A stretch of DNA of 64,000 nt from Pecten maximus. Its lineage: Eukaryota. Shown piece by piece: positions 26,868 to 39,730 of the stretch. The DNA is taken from the NCBI RefSeq assembly GCF_902652985.1, contig NC_047028.1, positions 27,404,001 to 27,468,000 on the forward strand. The letters run 5' to 3'. Each line of letters begins with the position of its first letter. The stretch's first letter is position 1. A model generated the notes under the pieces. The model saw only the letters and a program-made list of their open reading frames with translations, made no database searches and was not told the DNA's origin. The translations under genes were made by a program, and so were the position numbers.

Positions 26868-28164
26868 CGATGGCCGATATCGGACGGGCAAAACAGTCTT
26901 ACTAGTAGTACGTTTTTGACACAAAATTTGTACGTACATATTTTTTTGTACAAATTTATTTAATACTTCTAAATATCAATTAACATTCTTTCCTATCTTG
27001 ATTGATTGCCTTGTGGTCGTATGTTGACTGCATCCGATAGAAATACGAGAAAACAATTAACTTTTGTCACATTCGCACGAGGTAAACCAGACATATTTCG
27101 GTTTCGTGTGATACCATTCTTCCATGACGCTGGCTGAATATTAAAGCCAAATACTTCAAAAGAAATGATTACATTTCGAGATCTTAGCATTTTTCTGACT
27201 TAATATACTGTATATCAAACATTTTATCGCGAATCAAAAACTGGAGGAAAATGTGTATTTATGAAAGTAAATGGGATATTCCCAAAAATAATAACTGGGT
27301 CCGACAGACCAAGAGTCATATAATGCAACGGGCGTGTTATCAGTCAATACAAAATGGCAGAACGCCGAATGCTTGAGCCTGCCAAAACACAGACAGATTC
27401 TGCCAAAAGAAACGTAAATGGGACTGGAATCGGCAAAACCCGAGTATTTCCTAGGATGTATCACACGTCTCTGGCTTTTGAACATTGTCAACTTCACCGA
27501 TGTTTGTTTATTTTGTTGAGTTATTACGCGCATATTCTGTTGATATGTTTAAATTAAAGCATTAACAGGCAAAATTCTTCACGTATACTCGATATGTAAA
27601 CAACGGTCATGTGTGTGCAGTGCACGTTCTCATAGCCTCGTTCTCGGCTCATGACAAATCTTACGATAAAAGAAATGCGGCGAGTTAATTTTATACACAG
27701 GTCCTCCCGTCAAGCGTCCAGACCAGTGGTCATTTTAATATGAGAGCGTGAATGAGCATCTTGGACTGCCATTAATACATGTGTGCAACTAGAATTTTAG
27801 GTTATTTGGGAGTATGTGGCTTTAAATTCGAGCAGATAATTAATTGGGTTCTGGCTTTAATTACCTTATGAGGCAAAATCAGCATACGACCGCATGGTAA
27901 TCAATCAAGAATAAAAGGAATGTTAATTGATATTTGAAAGTAGTAGATGAATTTGTACACAAAATATGTACGCTACAGATTTTGTGTCAAAAATGTGTTA
28001 CTAGTAACAGGTTTTTGACACAGGATTTGTACGTACACTTTTTGTGTACAAATTTATCTACTACTAGCAGTAGATATTTTTGACACACAATATGTACGTA
28101 CATTTTTCGTTGACAAAAACGTACTACTAGTAAGACTGTTTTGCCCTCACGATATCGGCCATCG
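26868..28164. mobile_element. TA-flanked foldback MITE (Tc1/mariner-type) with long TIRs
   Basis: TA|CGATGGCCGATATC..GGGCAAAACAGTCTTACTAGTAGTACGTTTTTG ... CAAAAACGTACTACTAGTAAGACTGTTTTGCCC..GATATCGGCCATCG|TA; inverted similarity extends ~125 bp. Confidence 0.85.
27145..27821. mobile_element. TTAA-flanked non-autonomous DNA transposon (Kolobok-type), nested in the MITE
   Basis: TTAA|AGCCAAATACTTCAAA ... TTTGGGAGTATGTGGCT|TTAA; AG..CT termini with TTAA TSD; interior homologous (inverted) to 37880-38164. Confidence 0.75.
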
Positions 28165-28469
28165 TACAATAAACATTTATATTGCCACTTTGATTCTGAT
28201 GATATTTATTCATTTTGTCAGATTTAATAATTTGAGGATAATTTAGCATTATTTGGAATGAGTGAGGTTCCAATACTCATTGTCACAATTCTATATCAGC
28301 AAATACAACTTAACAAACAACAAATATCAATTTGGGAGAAAGTGTGGGCTGGGCGGCTCATGGGGTCCTTGAGCCCGATTGATAGTTGAACCTTGGGTAC
28401 TGTTGGGCCTTTTCGTTTGAGCGGAGAAAGGGTCATCTATATAGAAGAATACTGTTGAATTTCAAACAC

Positions 28470-29380
28470 AAATGAATATATTAAAATTTGCATAAAACTA
28501 GTCATGTTATATATCAAAATGTTTGTCTGAAAATGTAGTTTCTTAAAATTACCAATAGTTCCCTGTTAGATCCTAACAGTTTCTTCTGTAGTTACTTTCT
28601 GGTAATATGTAGCATGGAATAATTCTAAGTCACACAAATAACCAAACCTGAAAAATAGCCCAAGCTGTTATGCTCACAAGTATCTATAGTATAGGGTAGG
28701 AACATTTGTTTGACAGGATTTGATTTAATGTACGTATATTGTTTTGACCTTGAAATGCAAATGGCGGCTGTAAATGATATTACACAAACATTGCATTAAG
28801 AGAGGCATTTCTATCAATACAAATCCCCCTATATCAAACTTTAAAGACACTTGATCATAATAAGAAGGAACTTGTTAAGACAAATTGTTAAACTGGTGAG
28901 TTCGGGGCCATTTTCAGAAATAAGCATATTTTACCCCAAACACAACGGTTGAAAACAATGTTTTCTAAAATCAGTCTTCTAGCCATATATAAAGTTCTTT
29001 GTAGTGTCTAACAAGAGCATTTGTGATGTTTGAAATACCTCCCTTTTTTATCCTAGATAATACCTCCTTATGTGCCATATTTGTGTGATATCATTCATCA
29101 CCACCATTCGCATTTCAAGGTTAAATTAAAAGCAATGTTTATACGTCAAATATGGTCAAACCAATGCTCCTATTTTGTGCTTTAGACACTTGTGAGCAAA
29201 ACGACATGGCTATTTTGTGCAATATATGCGATACAAATCAGCTCATTATGTCCCCCGGAAACATGCATTTTTCGCATGTTTTGATGCAATTTATAAACAG
29301 CTTAACAAATTACATGGCTAGTAATGAAACATAGTTACTAAATTGCACCATAGTAGGAATTATTAGGCTTGTAAAACATC
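28470..29380 (+). repeat. Dispersed repeat with internal inverted segments; internally deleted copy at 34545-35075
   Basis: 28625-28762 matches 34662-34805 and 29150-29375 matches 34805-35072; internal IRs CCTTGAAATGC/GCATTTCAAGG and GCTCACAAGT/ACTTGTGAGC. Confidence 0.75.
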
Positions 29381-29788
29381 ACTGTTTTGACTGGATTTGC
29401 TGTTTGGATGCCCCTCAAGGCTCGTCTGAATCCAACATATACTAATCAGGTCCGCCCGGAACCCGGCCATGACCATGCGTGGACGGCCATCTTCGTTCGT
29501 CTTACGCTCGCTGACACGGGTGAACACATTTTTTATGCACGATTTTCATTTCATATCAAATGTATTGGCCAGACTTCAATAAAAGATAGGATAATATGAC
29601 ATTGTGCCCTAGCTGTAAATGAAAATGAATCCCGGCATTTATAAAACTACAAAAACATGTATATACCGCAGTAACTCAGCCTAACTACATGTATATATAT
29701 AGCTATCCATTTCACCACCTTGGCCAGTTTACCAAGGTAGTATAGAATCTCCCCACTGCCATGTGAAACCTGCCATAAATCCTAATAT

Positions 29789-30005
29789 GGATGGTCGGGT
29801 GGCACAGTGGTAACTCATTTGCCTTCACCTAGGCGGACGGGGTTCGATTCCCTAATCGGAAGTGAAAAAGGTATGGGGTCACCTGCCCGACCGCGTGGGT
29901 TTCCACGGCTACTCCGGTTTCCTCCCTTAGTATGCCCCTCGCGCGCAACAAGTGTGATTAATATATGTTGATAAAAAGTTTTTTCGCAATTGTTAAATAA
30001 ATGAA
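29789..30005 (+). mobile_element. tRNA-derived SINE, family B (V-SINE-like)
   Basis: A-box GGTGGCACAGTGG, B-box GGTTCGATTCC, central CGCGTGGGTTTCC..CTCCGGTTTCCTCCC, AATAAA tail. Confidence 0.85.
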
Positions 30006-32647
30006 GGTTGCATAAATGAAGGTTACACTCCTAATGTAAATGTCAATACTGATCTAAGATAAGTGAATATTTATTACAAATTAAACTTCATCACTACAGA
30101 TAAACACCTAATTAATAGCTTTATTAATTGTATAATTATAATGCTCCCCATCCAAATGTCCCACTGCTCTGATTTGCTATTTAAGACATCAGTTTCGGAA
30201 TTGGAGGACATCAAGATCTCATGAGCCGTTAAATTGGTTAATTTACAGACTCGCACGGGCCTAACAGCTGGTGTGAAGTTACACTTATACCCTCAGTGTT
30301 GGAATTTCGACAACCAACCTTCCCCCTCCCCCCATCTTCATAGAATCCTCTGTACCAAAGTCGCGAATCATCAGTGGGTCTGCGCCTCCTAGCAGGGATA
30401 ATATATCTGGGTGATTAACTCTGGTTCTCATCTGAGTTGTCAAAGTGAGCTAGTTGGAGAGTAACTCTCAATAGAGTCTATCCTAGCCTTCTGATGATTT
30501 AGAGTTTGTCTCCCTTGGTTCACGAGTGCCCTCTGGTCGTCATGGAAGCCACGGACGATGACGTCCCTATGTACTATTCTATAGGTCCCTCCCGACTCCT
30601 TCCGGATCTTGTATACAGACATGCTAACATTTGGCACACTAAGGATAGTTTTGGTTCCTTAGCTGATTTGTCAACCAATTAACCACATATACCAATGTTC
30701 CTCATCAAAACTTGATCACATACCTCTAAACTCGGGCGTCATTGATATACCGAATTTTAATCTAGCCCCCCAAAACGTCTGAAAATGTGCTATACACACT
30801 AGGGGAGGTCCAAATACATGTAGAATGTAACTAATTCATTTAAAAAAGAAATAATTTCCTGTTGATAACCCACACTAAGATACCATCCGTTCTATTTGTG
30901 TATGTTGGCATTTGGAAATGTCACTCATGTATATGGGACATCACCGAATTGGTGTTGTTATATAATTCGTCTGTTTGCTGCGGCGAATGTCCAGTATTGA
31001 CGGTATATTGTGATGAATTACTGCTATCACAAGTCCGTATCTTACATCACGGTAACTAATGGTAACTAATGTCACCGCTTTCGGCTATCTCGTGTTGTCA
31101 CATTGTCGCGTTAGTTGGGGCGACAACGCGACAAAATCCATCCAATCATCTTCCATGGTCGATATAACAGAAAGAACATCGCAAAACCGGTTTGGTAACG
31201 GTAGCATTGGAGGTCTATGAAGTCTATGAAGTGTATTAATGCGATATGAATCACTCATAAATGATACATTACGAGATAAAGGATTTGCAACCGAGCATGA
31301 TATCTATGTTTTAATACAGTTCCTAAGAGTTATCCCCCTTTGAGCCCTGTACATATAATGTAGTCAAGAGCCATGCCAGTCTGTGCACAGGCGTCTACGT
31401 CTAGTTAGAATTCATAGTTCAAGTTTCAAGTTATCTGAGTAATCAAGTTAGTGTTTTTGATTATATAGTGAAAAGATTGGTCGGAACCAACAAAATACTT
31501 CGAATTAAACAGGGTCTTCGAGTTATATGATTTCGAGTAAACAAGGTTCAACTGTACATATAAAAATATTTCATACTGCGAATTATTTGTACAGAAATGC
31601 AGAAGCCTGTTTGTGGTCTGTGTTAAAATGTTAACTGTAAACATGTTCAGTCGGTATTAATATTTTGTGTCTGTATACGTGTATGTCACATATATCAGCA
31701 CGTCTGCTCTGAACCAAGGTAAGATCACGGGAGCAAACCTTAAACTCGCAGATATGGCGGCGTTATTGTTGTGTAATGCGGTTTGGTTAGGATTTTTTTT
31801 TATCTAAATGTATTTTCTTATATTTACATTATGATTATTTTATATTTTATCTGTTAAAGCCCCCAATGATTAAAGAAACAAACAGTTTTTTTACCCAGAA
31901 GTGACGTCGGAGAGAGAACAGCTGTTTTTGCGGGAAATTGTCAGACAGTTCTTCGCACGGTCTCAGCAAACGTCATAACAACAACATAAACAAATTAAAG
32001 TTCCATCTACGACACTTATTCTGTGAGAACTTTTTGGGTGATTTGTATGTTTTGAACATTTAGGAGACTGTAACAGCATTGGATTTATGTAAATATGACA
32101 TGGATCGTGTTTATTAAAAAAAACCACGAGAATAAACAAAACTCCGACGGCAGAGCGTACTAGATTATGTACCCGCGATAACGTGGTCCCCGGCATTACT
32201 ACACACTATGATGAGGCCAATGCTGTTATGAAAAATGAATACAACTTTCGCCAATGCTTTCAAGCATACTGAATGTAAATATTTTTCTGATTAACTACAC
32301 ATTCCGCCAGTATACATACAATACTAACAACTCAAGAGAAAAAACACACGCATTTGTTTGTTTGTTTGTTTGTTTCTGCCTTTCTTTTCATCACACCTAT
32401 GGCCAATATATAGATGATATATCACGAGAAGTAGCCAGTGCAATGAAAACATGAAGTTATGACGCCCAACACATAGTAAGATATTGGCAGAGCAACAATA
32501 GACAGTAACGGATGGAAAACTAAGAAGCAAAACTCATATAACAGGGCGCAAATTTTCCAGAAGGTAAAAAATCGAGAAAATAAGTGATTCTCACAGATAC
32601 TGTACATATGCTAGCTAAGGTCGCTGTTTACGAAAAAAGGAAACTAA

Positions 32648-32688
<41 letters not shown>
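32648..32688. repeat. (GA)n microsatellite
   Basis: ~20 GA units. Confidence 0.95.
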
Positions 32689-32997
32689 CATGGAAAAAGC
32701 AATGATACGCTTAGGTAGTGTAGCAGTGAAATTAGACAAAATGCTTCAACCTTGAAAACCATATTTTTGTAAGATATATACGAGAATTATCGTTACCAGG
32801 ACCAAATAGGCCTATATCAGCACACTAGTTCCACAAGAACGGTCTGAAACTGTTGAGAAGACTGCAGTGACTCATTTGTATAATATGTAAAAGAGATCAG
32901 TTATAGCAAAATATACAGGAAACAAACTGGAGGCAGTTTTTGTTCCTAAGGAGAAAGTTACAGCATCTGTGAGGGGAATTATTGAAGACATGTTATA

Positions 32998-33300
32998 TCA
33001 GTCAGGGTCGTATGAAGACGGATGTCAAGGAGACAGCAACAGTCAGGGTCATATGAGGATGGGTTTCAAGGAGACATCAAATGCCAGGGTCTTATAAGGA
33101 CGGGTTTCAAGGACATAGCAGAGGCCAGAGTCATAAGTGGACAGGTGTCAAGGAGACACCAACAACCTGTGTCAGATGAGACGGGTGTCAAGGAGATACC
33201 AACAGCCAAGGTCATATGAGGATGTTTGGCTTGGAGACGTCAACAGTCAGGGTTACATGAGGACTGGTGTCAAGGAGATACCGAAAGCCAAGGCCATGTG
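32998..33300. repeat. 39-bp minisatellite, ~7.5 degenerate units
   Basis: CAGTCAGGGTCATATGAGGACGGGTGTCAAGGAGACANCAA-like unit repeated. Confidence 0.9.
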
Positions 33301-34024
33301 TGTACATGGGCCAGTGAAACAAGAAGTCAACAATAGAAGGAATCAAAGCACAAAAATAAGAGGCAGAGCAGCGAAGAAAGTGTCTGGAAGGTTGTTTTGC
33401 TTTAAATGCATATCAACTTGTCTATTGTTTTCCGTCTTACATACAACTTCACTAAATATTATATAATAACCTATACATTATTTAAATGTGAATGACTAAT
33501 TGAAAACAGTTCAGACTGCCTTCAAATAATTCCGGCTAAATGATACTGCCTAAGAAGGATACATTGCAATTATAACATATATTGGATTTCTATCGTTTAT
33601 TATTGTCGCAGGGTATGTGAGAGCACAACTTGTAGTATTCTGCCCAAAATGAAAGCTGTAAAATAAATTCTTGATAGTTTCATCACATGAATCTTCATTG
33701 ATGTGTTAAATAACTTAGACCGTCATTAAAAAAAATAATAACAATACATTTTCCATGGTGATATACAATATAAGAGATATTTAAGCACCCGAAAATAATG
33801 CAGTAAACGACAAAACATGTCTACACCATAGAATCTAGTTTTTGTCAGATCATTGTATTACGTAATAGTATAAGCGTGTCATGTTGTATTTGTCAAGCAG
33901 CCAGTCACTGCACTTCGGCTGTGAGCGTCCATAATCTGCATCCTGTCGACATTGCCTTATCGCCGCATCACGTATACGCTATCTGCTCCGCGCAACAGTG
34001 AAGGTGTGGTTTCTCCCATTCAAC

Positions 34025-34108
34025 ATGGCCAGAGGAATGTCAGCATGCTTGACGGCCATTTTCACATGCACAGTACTTTTGTTAGCTGTCTCTGCCCAAA
34101 CCCTACAG
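34025..34108 (+). CDS. iGluR/IR-family gene, coding exon 1 (signal peptide); model join(34025-34108,48673-48714,50606-50806,51499-51728,52697-52785,53002-53738,54769-54843), ~485 aa
   Basis: CAACATGG Kozak; MARGMSACLTAIFTCTVLLLAVSAQTLQ; phase-0 donor CAG|GTAAGA matches the phase-0 next exon; CpG-richer region just upstream. Confidence 0.75.
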
Positions 34109-34544
34109 GTAAGAGTATTTAGTATTCTCCCGGAGTTCTTTTTTTTTAGATTTGTTAGATAACTTGATCATTCTAGGGACTGGTATCACCTGCCCAGCTT
34201 GTAAAGTTTTGAAATTTTTAATTCTGTTCTATTTACACATAAATATATCATAATATTTCGACGCGTTGCTGATACCATAAATGTGTGGATGATATAAAAT
34301 CACATTTGGGCAAGAAAGGATGGTAAACATCCCAATTTTGGACATAAATTAAGGTTGGAAAAGGCTAAAAATAAGATACCGACTCGATCGCTGCAAAAAG
34401 TTTAGATCAATTTCAATGCATTGTGCACGTACGCTACATTGTGCCCCGACAGCGTAGCTGGGGTTGTCAACCGGCGTGTGTCGTTCTGACGACTTAAGTG
34501 TCACCGATATATGAGAATAAAGTTGCATTTTAAACACGAATAAA

Positions 34545-35075
34545 TATCTACAAATATTGCACTTAAAATAGTCATGTAATATACCAAATGTTTGTTTGGG
34601 CATGTAGTTTCTTAAAATCACCAATGATTTGCTTTGTGGTAAGATGTTGCGTGGCATGATTATAAGTCACACAAATGATCAAACCTTAAAAATAGGTAAT
34701 CTGCTATGCTCACAAGTGACTATAGCACGGGAAAAGAATATTTGTTTGACCGAATTTGACTTTATGTACGTATAAACACATTTTGTATGACCTTGAAATG
34801 CAAATCTGGTCAAACCAATGCTTCTATTTTTGCGTTTTAGACAGTTGTGAGCAAAAAAAGTATGGTTATTTTGTGCAACATATGTGATGTAAATGAGCTA
34901 ATTGTGTCCCCCTGAAACATGCATATTTCGCATGTTTTGTTGAAATTTACAAACAGCTTAACAAATTACATGTACATATCAGCAGCGAGGCCATGGGTTT
35001 GCCATGATACATACTAAATTTTTATCAAGCTGCTTCTGTTAAATCACACCATAGTAGGCATTACAGGCTTGTGCA
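34545..35075 (+). repeat. Second, internally deleted copy of the 28470-29380 repeat
   Basis: Direct sequence similarity. Confidence 0.75.
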
Positions 35076-37699
35076 AGAAAAAGGTGTATAACTACCGTAT
35101 GTCTTTGCGGTAATTAGTGATACCTCGGGTCGGATTAAGAATTTTCAGGGCTTAATACTCGAAGAACTTTGATTTATCTTGAGAGTAATACTGCCGTATA
35201 AATGTTAAGATTATCTCTTTTACTACTTTGAAAAAAAAAGTTTCCAGTAAGTTTATTTTTGACGACCTAAACTTTACTAAAACGAAGGAATGCCCCCTTA
35301 ATGCAGAAATTAGGATTATGATGAAAATGACAATTATTACAAACTCGTTTTCAGGCTTGATTAAACAATATTTACTTGGTAAAAAGTTAAATGGCATCAG
35401 TGCAAATTATGAATTAGTTACACTGCAGATTACGAACATAACCCACCAGGCACAGATTGCCGCGTGGAACGAGTAAGCCTGCGTATTATTTCAAACAAAT
35501 GTACATACTTGACCTAGGTCAGGCGTGGGGAGCACCAGACTGATTCTGTCAATCATAACAAAACATATGTTTCTTTGGAAAGCACAGACTGAATCTGTCA
35601 AGCATAACAAAACCCATGCTTTATTTGCCCCATCAAAGATAAATAGACTGCCAGGGTTGGGGAGCTATGGCGTCAACTAACACAATTAATACTCTCGTTC
35701 AAAATTAAATGTTCATCTTATTTAATTGAATTTTGCTTGTAACAAGCATTTTCATTGGCTGAGAAATTTATCAGTCCACAACGTAGCAAAATGACGTCGC
35801 CGTTTCATAACGTCACTTTTGATTGGCGGATGGAGCAGCGTAATGATTTTTAAGAGAAAAGAGTTCACCAATAAAATGAAATAATTTTTTTTCTGGAATT
35901 ATAAGGATTAACTTAAATACATCTTTTGTGTTTTGGAGTTATTTAAAAAAAAAAAGAATAGTTTCAAATTTAAAAACAAAATAGATTAAAGAAACTTTCC
36001 TGGTATGCTCTCTACATTGTTATGCACTTTGCAAGCCATTCTGTCAGATTTTGGGTCGAATATTGATTATGACTTCCTAAGTGACGTCGATGATTTTAGA
36101 TTATCCTAAGTTCTTGACACGTTTGGATTTGTGTAGCAGACATGTACCCTGTTTTGTTTGGAATCTTTAATGTGACGTTGCCTAAGGAAAGACCAGAACC
36201 AGTACGGGTAACACATAATCCCGATTTAGCCCGCCGGTGAATGAATAAATAAAGTTTATCAATTCAAAAGAAAACTAGAATACCAGAAAACAAACAAACT
36301 GAGCAAAACATGTGTGGAACAAATAGACACAAAACAGATGGTGTGCTCCAGATATGCTTACCATGAATGCAATATAGCTGAATCGGCGGTAGAAAAGGGA
36401 AGCTGACCAGATTTCTCCAGGAAATAATGATAAAAAAAAACGTCTTGTAAGAGAAGGAACATTTAGTGGGCAAGTTGTCCTAGTCATTAATCTATGTTTT
36501 ATTAATATTGCAAACGTTTTGGTCTGCGAGCAATTGACGAAAATCGTGGCTTGTGCGAAGAACAAATTTTGCTTGGAAGGACGAGTTGGGAGCTTTGCAT
36601 TGAATACGAACTTTTCTGGAGGACTCAGTCGAAGCAAAAAATACAAACAAAATGTGCCAAGCATTATTGTGAATCAAGAAATTACATCTACGCTTCTAAT
36701 CTGCTTGAACTCTATCTCGAAAAAATAGGAAATTGGGAGCATTCTTGAGACGTCCGAACCAGGGAAAAGAAATTATATTTTCCAGTCAGGTTATTGGTGT
36801 CAACAAGCACTCGGCTGTTCGAACAATGTAATCCAACGTAACATCGCCAATCATTCTGGGAAAATAACTTGCACCACATCTATTTTCCAAAATTGTGTAT
36901 ATGAGCACAATTGGTTATGCAGCTTGCTGAGTTCAGCAGCCATTGACTACAAGTGGACATCTTCTATTCAGTAAAGATTGATCAACATCCACGAAAAAAA
37001 AAAAACCGCGACATGTGCACTTCTGAGGATATCAATCATGTATTGGCAGCAGACGTTACCAAATATGGCGGTGAAATTGACACCAGAAACGTATATATTT
37101 GTATACATGTATATGTATTTGAGTGAGGCCGAATATTTTTCTTTTTAGATTTCTTAATATCAAGATACCTCATCGAACTTTGTTCTCTGTTCCTCCCCAA
37201 CACCTGAGTTCAAACTGGATCTTGACAGTTGATGCACAGGTCAAAAGAAAGAATCTTGTGTTAGCAGGCGAGAAGAATTCAATCTGAGAACAAGTGTGTA
37301 TTAAATGCAATGTGTTTTATACACATTTGTTAGTTGTAAGTCATTATTCGCCGAATGTATTTGTACCGGACGCGAGAAAAGTGTACAGAGTATTAAGGGA
37401 GCAGTTTGTATTTATGTTCGTTGTTCAGGTATTTGTTTAAAATTTGTATGACGTCATCTGCCTTTTTCCTAATAATCAATTCAATAATCAGATGCATTAA
37501 TTTAAGCAAGACTATAGAATTTCAACAAATGAGCAAAAAATCACACAATGTGTGTCGTAATTTTTTTCTAATTTTTCGATGCAATTCGGTAGGGTGCCCC
37601 GAAAAAGTATTGATTATCTATTGATTTCTGTTTACCAGTAGAATTAGTTGAAGTTAACAGATTTACCTATCGTCGTTATAGAGTTTCAAAAAATATCCA

Positions 37700-38164
37700 T
37701 ACTGAAGGTTTTTTACGTTTATCTTTTGTATGACATTTTTTACAAGGATTACATTTTAGTTGACCATTTTCGAGAAATATGGAAAAAGCTAACCAGCAAT
37801 CCAATAAACGTCCGTTAAAATCAGAATTGGGGTCTATTCCTTTTTCTTCTCTGGCTAAATTCCAACAAATCAATTATTTTCCTAAGGAAAGCCAGGGGTT
37901 TGCAGATTCCAGTTCCTTTTTGTGTTGCTTTTTAGCAGAATCTGTATGCATTTTGATAACCTGCCCGTTGCATTGTGGGACTAATTTGCATAGTCGGACG
38001 ACCCACTTATTATATTTGGGAATTTACCGTATACCTTCATAAATGCACATTTTTTTTCCAGTTTTTAATTCGCGATAATTTGTTAGGTATGTATTAACTC
38101 TGAAATCCGTAAAGAGGCCAATATGTAAACATTTATATAAATATTTCTTTTGGAGCATGGGGCT
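37700..38164. mobile_element. Kolobok-type element end, inserted at the TTAA of a family-A SINE
   Basis: Ends TTTCTTTTGGAGCATGGGGCT|TTAA, followed immediately by the SINE 3' end ATGACCCTGGCTGTTAATAGGATGTTAAAC (38165-38213); interior is an inverted homologue of 27190-27455. Left boundary approximate. Confidence 0.7.
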
Positions 38165-38929
38165 TTAAATGACCCTGGCTGTTAATAGGATGTTAAACTA
38201 AATAAAACAAACCGTAACACTAACATCACTGTTATGAGTTAATGTTAGAAAAGGGCATGTCGACATTCGGTACTAGACATTTTAGCTGTGTGGGTTTGAG
38301 TGTGTAACGAAAACACTTCGGTGTAATGTTGGCCAACATCCTCATATGCCAAGCCTACGCGTCTTGTCTCTGTAATTCAAGTGCTTTCGAGCAGACATAA
38401 GAGTAAGGTGTTGTATAAACCGGGAAGAATCTTAGATATTGACCTCGAGCTTCATCCTCAGTTAATATTTGATTCTACCAGGTCGGTACATTGCATGACA
38501 CCATATCAACCTCAACAAAGTTCCATAGTTGATAATTATGTTCCGATGAAGTATTATGATTTATAATGACTGCCTTTTTGTTGTTCAAAAACTGAATTAT
38601 CTATACTACTTTTTAAGTGGCAAACTTAATTCTGCTTCTTAACTTTAACTTTTATTTTCAATAAATAGTGTTGATTTTTTTCAACCATAAGTTTCTCCAT
38701 GCTTTAGATAGAGTCTAATTGATTAAGTAATTTTTCCTTGAATAAGTCTGGCCGGCGAATTGATGCTTTACATCAATATTATCTAGTTTGAATTGAGAGC
38801 CATTTGGAAACGGAAACATTTCAAATTCGAAACAGATCACAAAATGTCGATAACAATACATGCAATATGAATGAATGGCTACAGTTCAAAATCGACACGA
38901 ATAACAATTAAATGTCGACAAGAATACAT

Positions 38930-39180
38930 TCTACAGTGACATCTGACTTTACCGACCACAGACTTTAACGATAATATCCAACAAAACGACAACATACTCC
39001 TTTGTCATCGCCAACACTGACTTTACTCACCACTGACTTTAATGACATCATGTAATATCCGACCATATCCACTAGAACAACAACATTCTCCACTGTCATT
39101 GCCGACACTGACTTTACTGACCACTGACTTCACCGACATCTGACGCATTGCCGCGGCCCTATACAGTGTCGGTAAAGTCA
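38930..39180. repeat. Degenerate CACTGACTTTACCGAC repeats with a terminal inverted copy
   Basis: Six direct copies of CTGACTTTA-like motifs, then GTCGGTAAAGTCAG at 39168-39181. Confidence 0.65.
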
Positions 39181-39271
39181 GGTTTCATATATAAATCCAT
39201 GGTAACCAAGATAGTTAGACTAGCCGGAAATAGCACGGAGGACGGTAAAAGTATGTCCAGCAAAAACGGTA

Positions 39272-39730
39272 CTGTACGTGTACATATTTAGCGAACTCAT
39301 ATTTTAGCTCTCCGAGGGTATGTAGACTTATTAGCGCACTCTTGAATTCGCGCAATCGTCAATATTTTTTCTTAGATTAGCGGCAATACACTTTTCTGTA
39401 ACAAATACATGCCATCCAAACTTTGAATTCCCTTCAGACTCACATATAACGCTTAGCGAAACAATTGGAGCAATGTCGGAGTATATAGATCATGTTATCA
39501 TTACGTACGTCAAAAACGTCCAAGATAAGCTGCCGCTGAATGCATCGTCACAGCCTGCTTTATGTATATTTGACCTATATAAAGCTCAATGGGTGAAATA
39601 TCATATAGCAATTTGTCGTGTATGCACAATGATAGGTCGGAGAAATTTTAGCGCTGCACTGAATTGGCGCAATGACTTGAGCGCGAAAGGCGCTAATATT
39701 ACAATACCGCTAAAATAAGTACACGTACAG
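39272..39730 (+). mobile_element. TA-flanked MITE retaining a pogo-like DDE_1 transposase fragment
   Basis: TA|CTGTACGTGTAC ... GTACACGTACAG|TA; interior translates CHPNFEFPSDSHITLSE/NWSN...MSEYIDHVIITYV...QPALCIFDLYKAQ. Confidence 0.8.

Noticed and set aside
29789-29860. tRNA genes here and at other A/B-box sites (51870, 59899)
   Set aside because: No complete cloverleaf; they continue into SINE core and tail sequences.
30074-30640. Coding-looking minus-strand ORFs (possible retroelement or viral relic)
   Set aside because: No motif I can identify with confidence; would need BLASTX.
33022-33466. ORFs with 13-aa periodicity
   Set aside because: By-product of the 39-bp minisatellite; stops occur in each frame and there is no splice support.
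36275-37000. Cluster of overlapping short ORFs as candidate ATD exons of the receptor
   Set aside because: No recognisable ATD similarity or coherent splice sites; more likely a decayed element, unverified.
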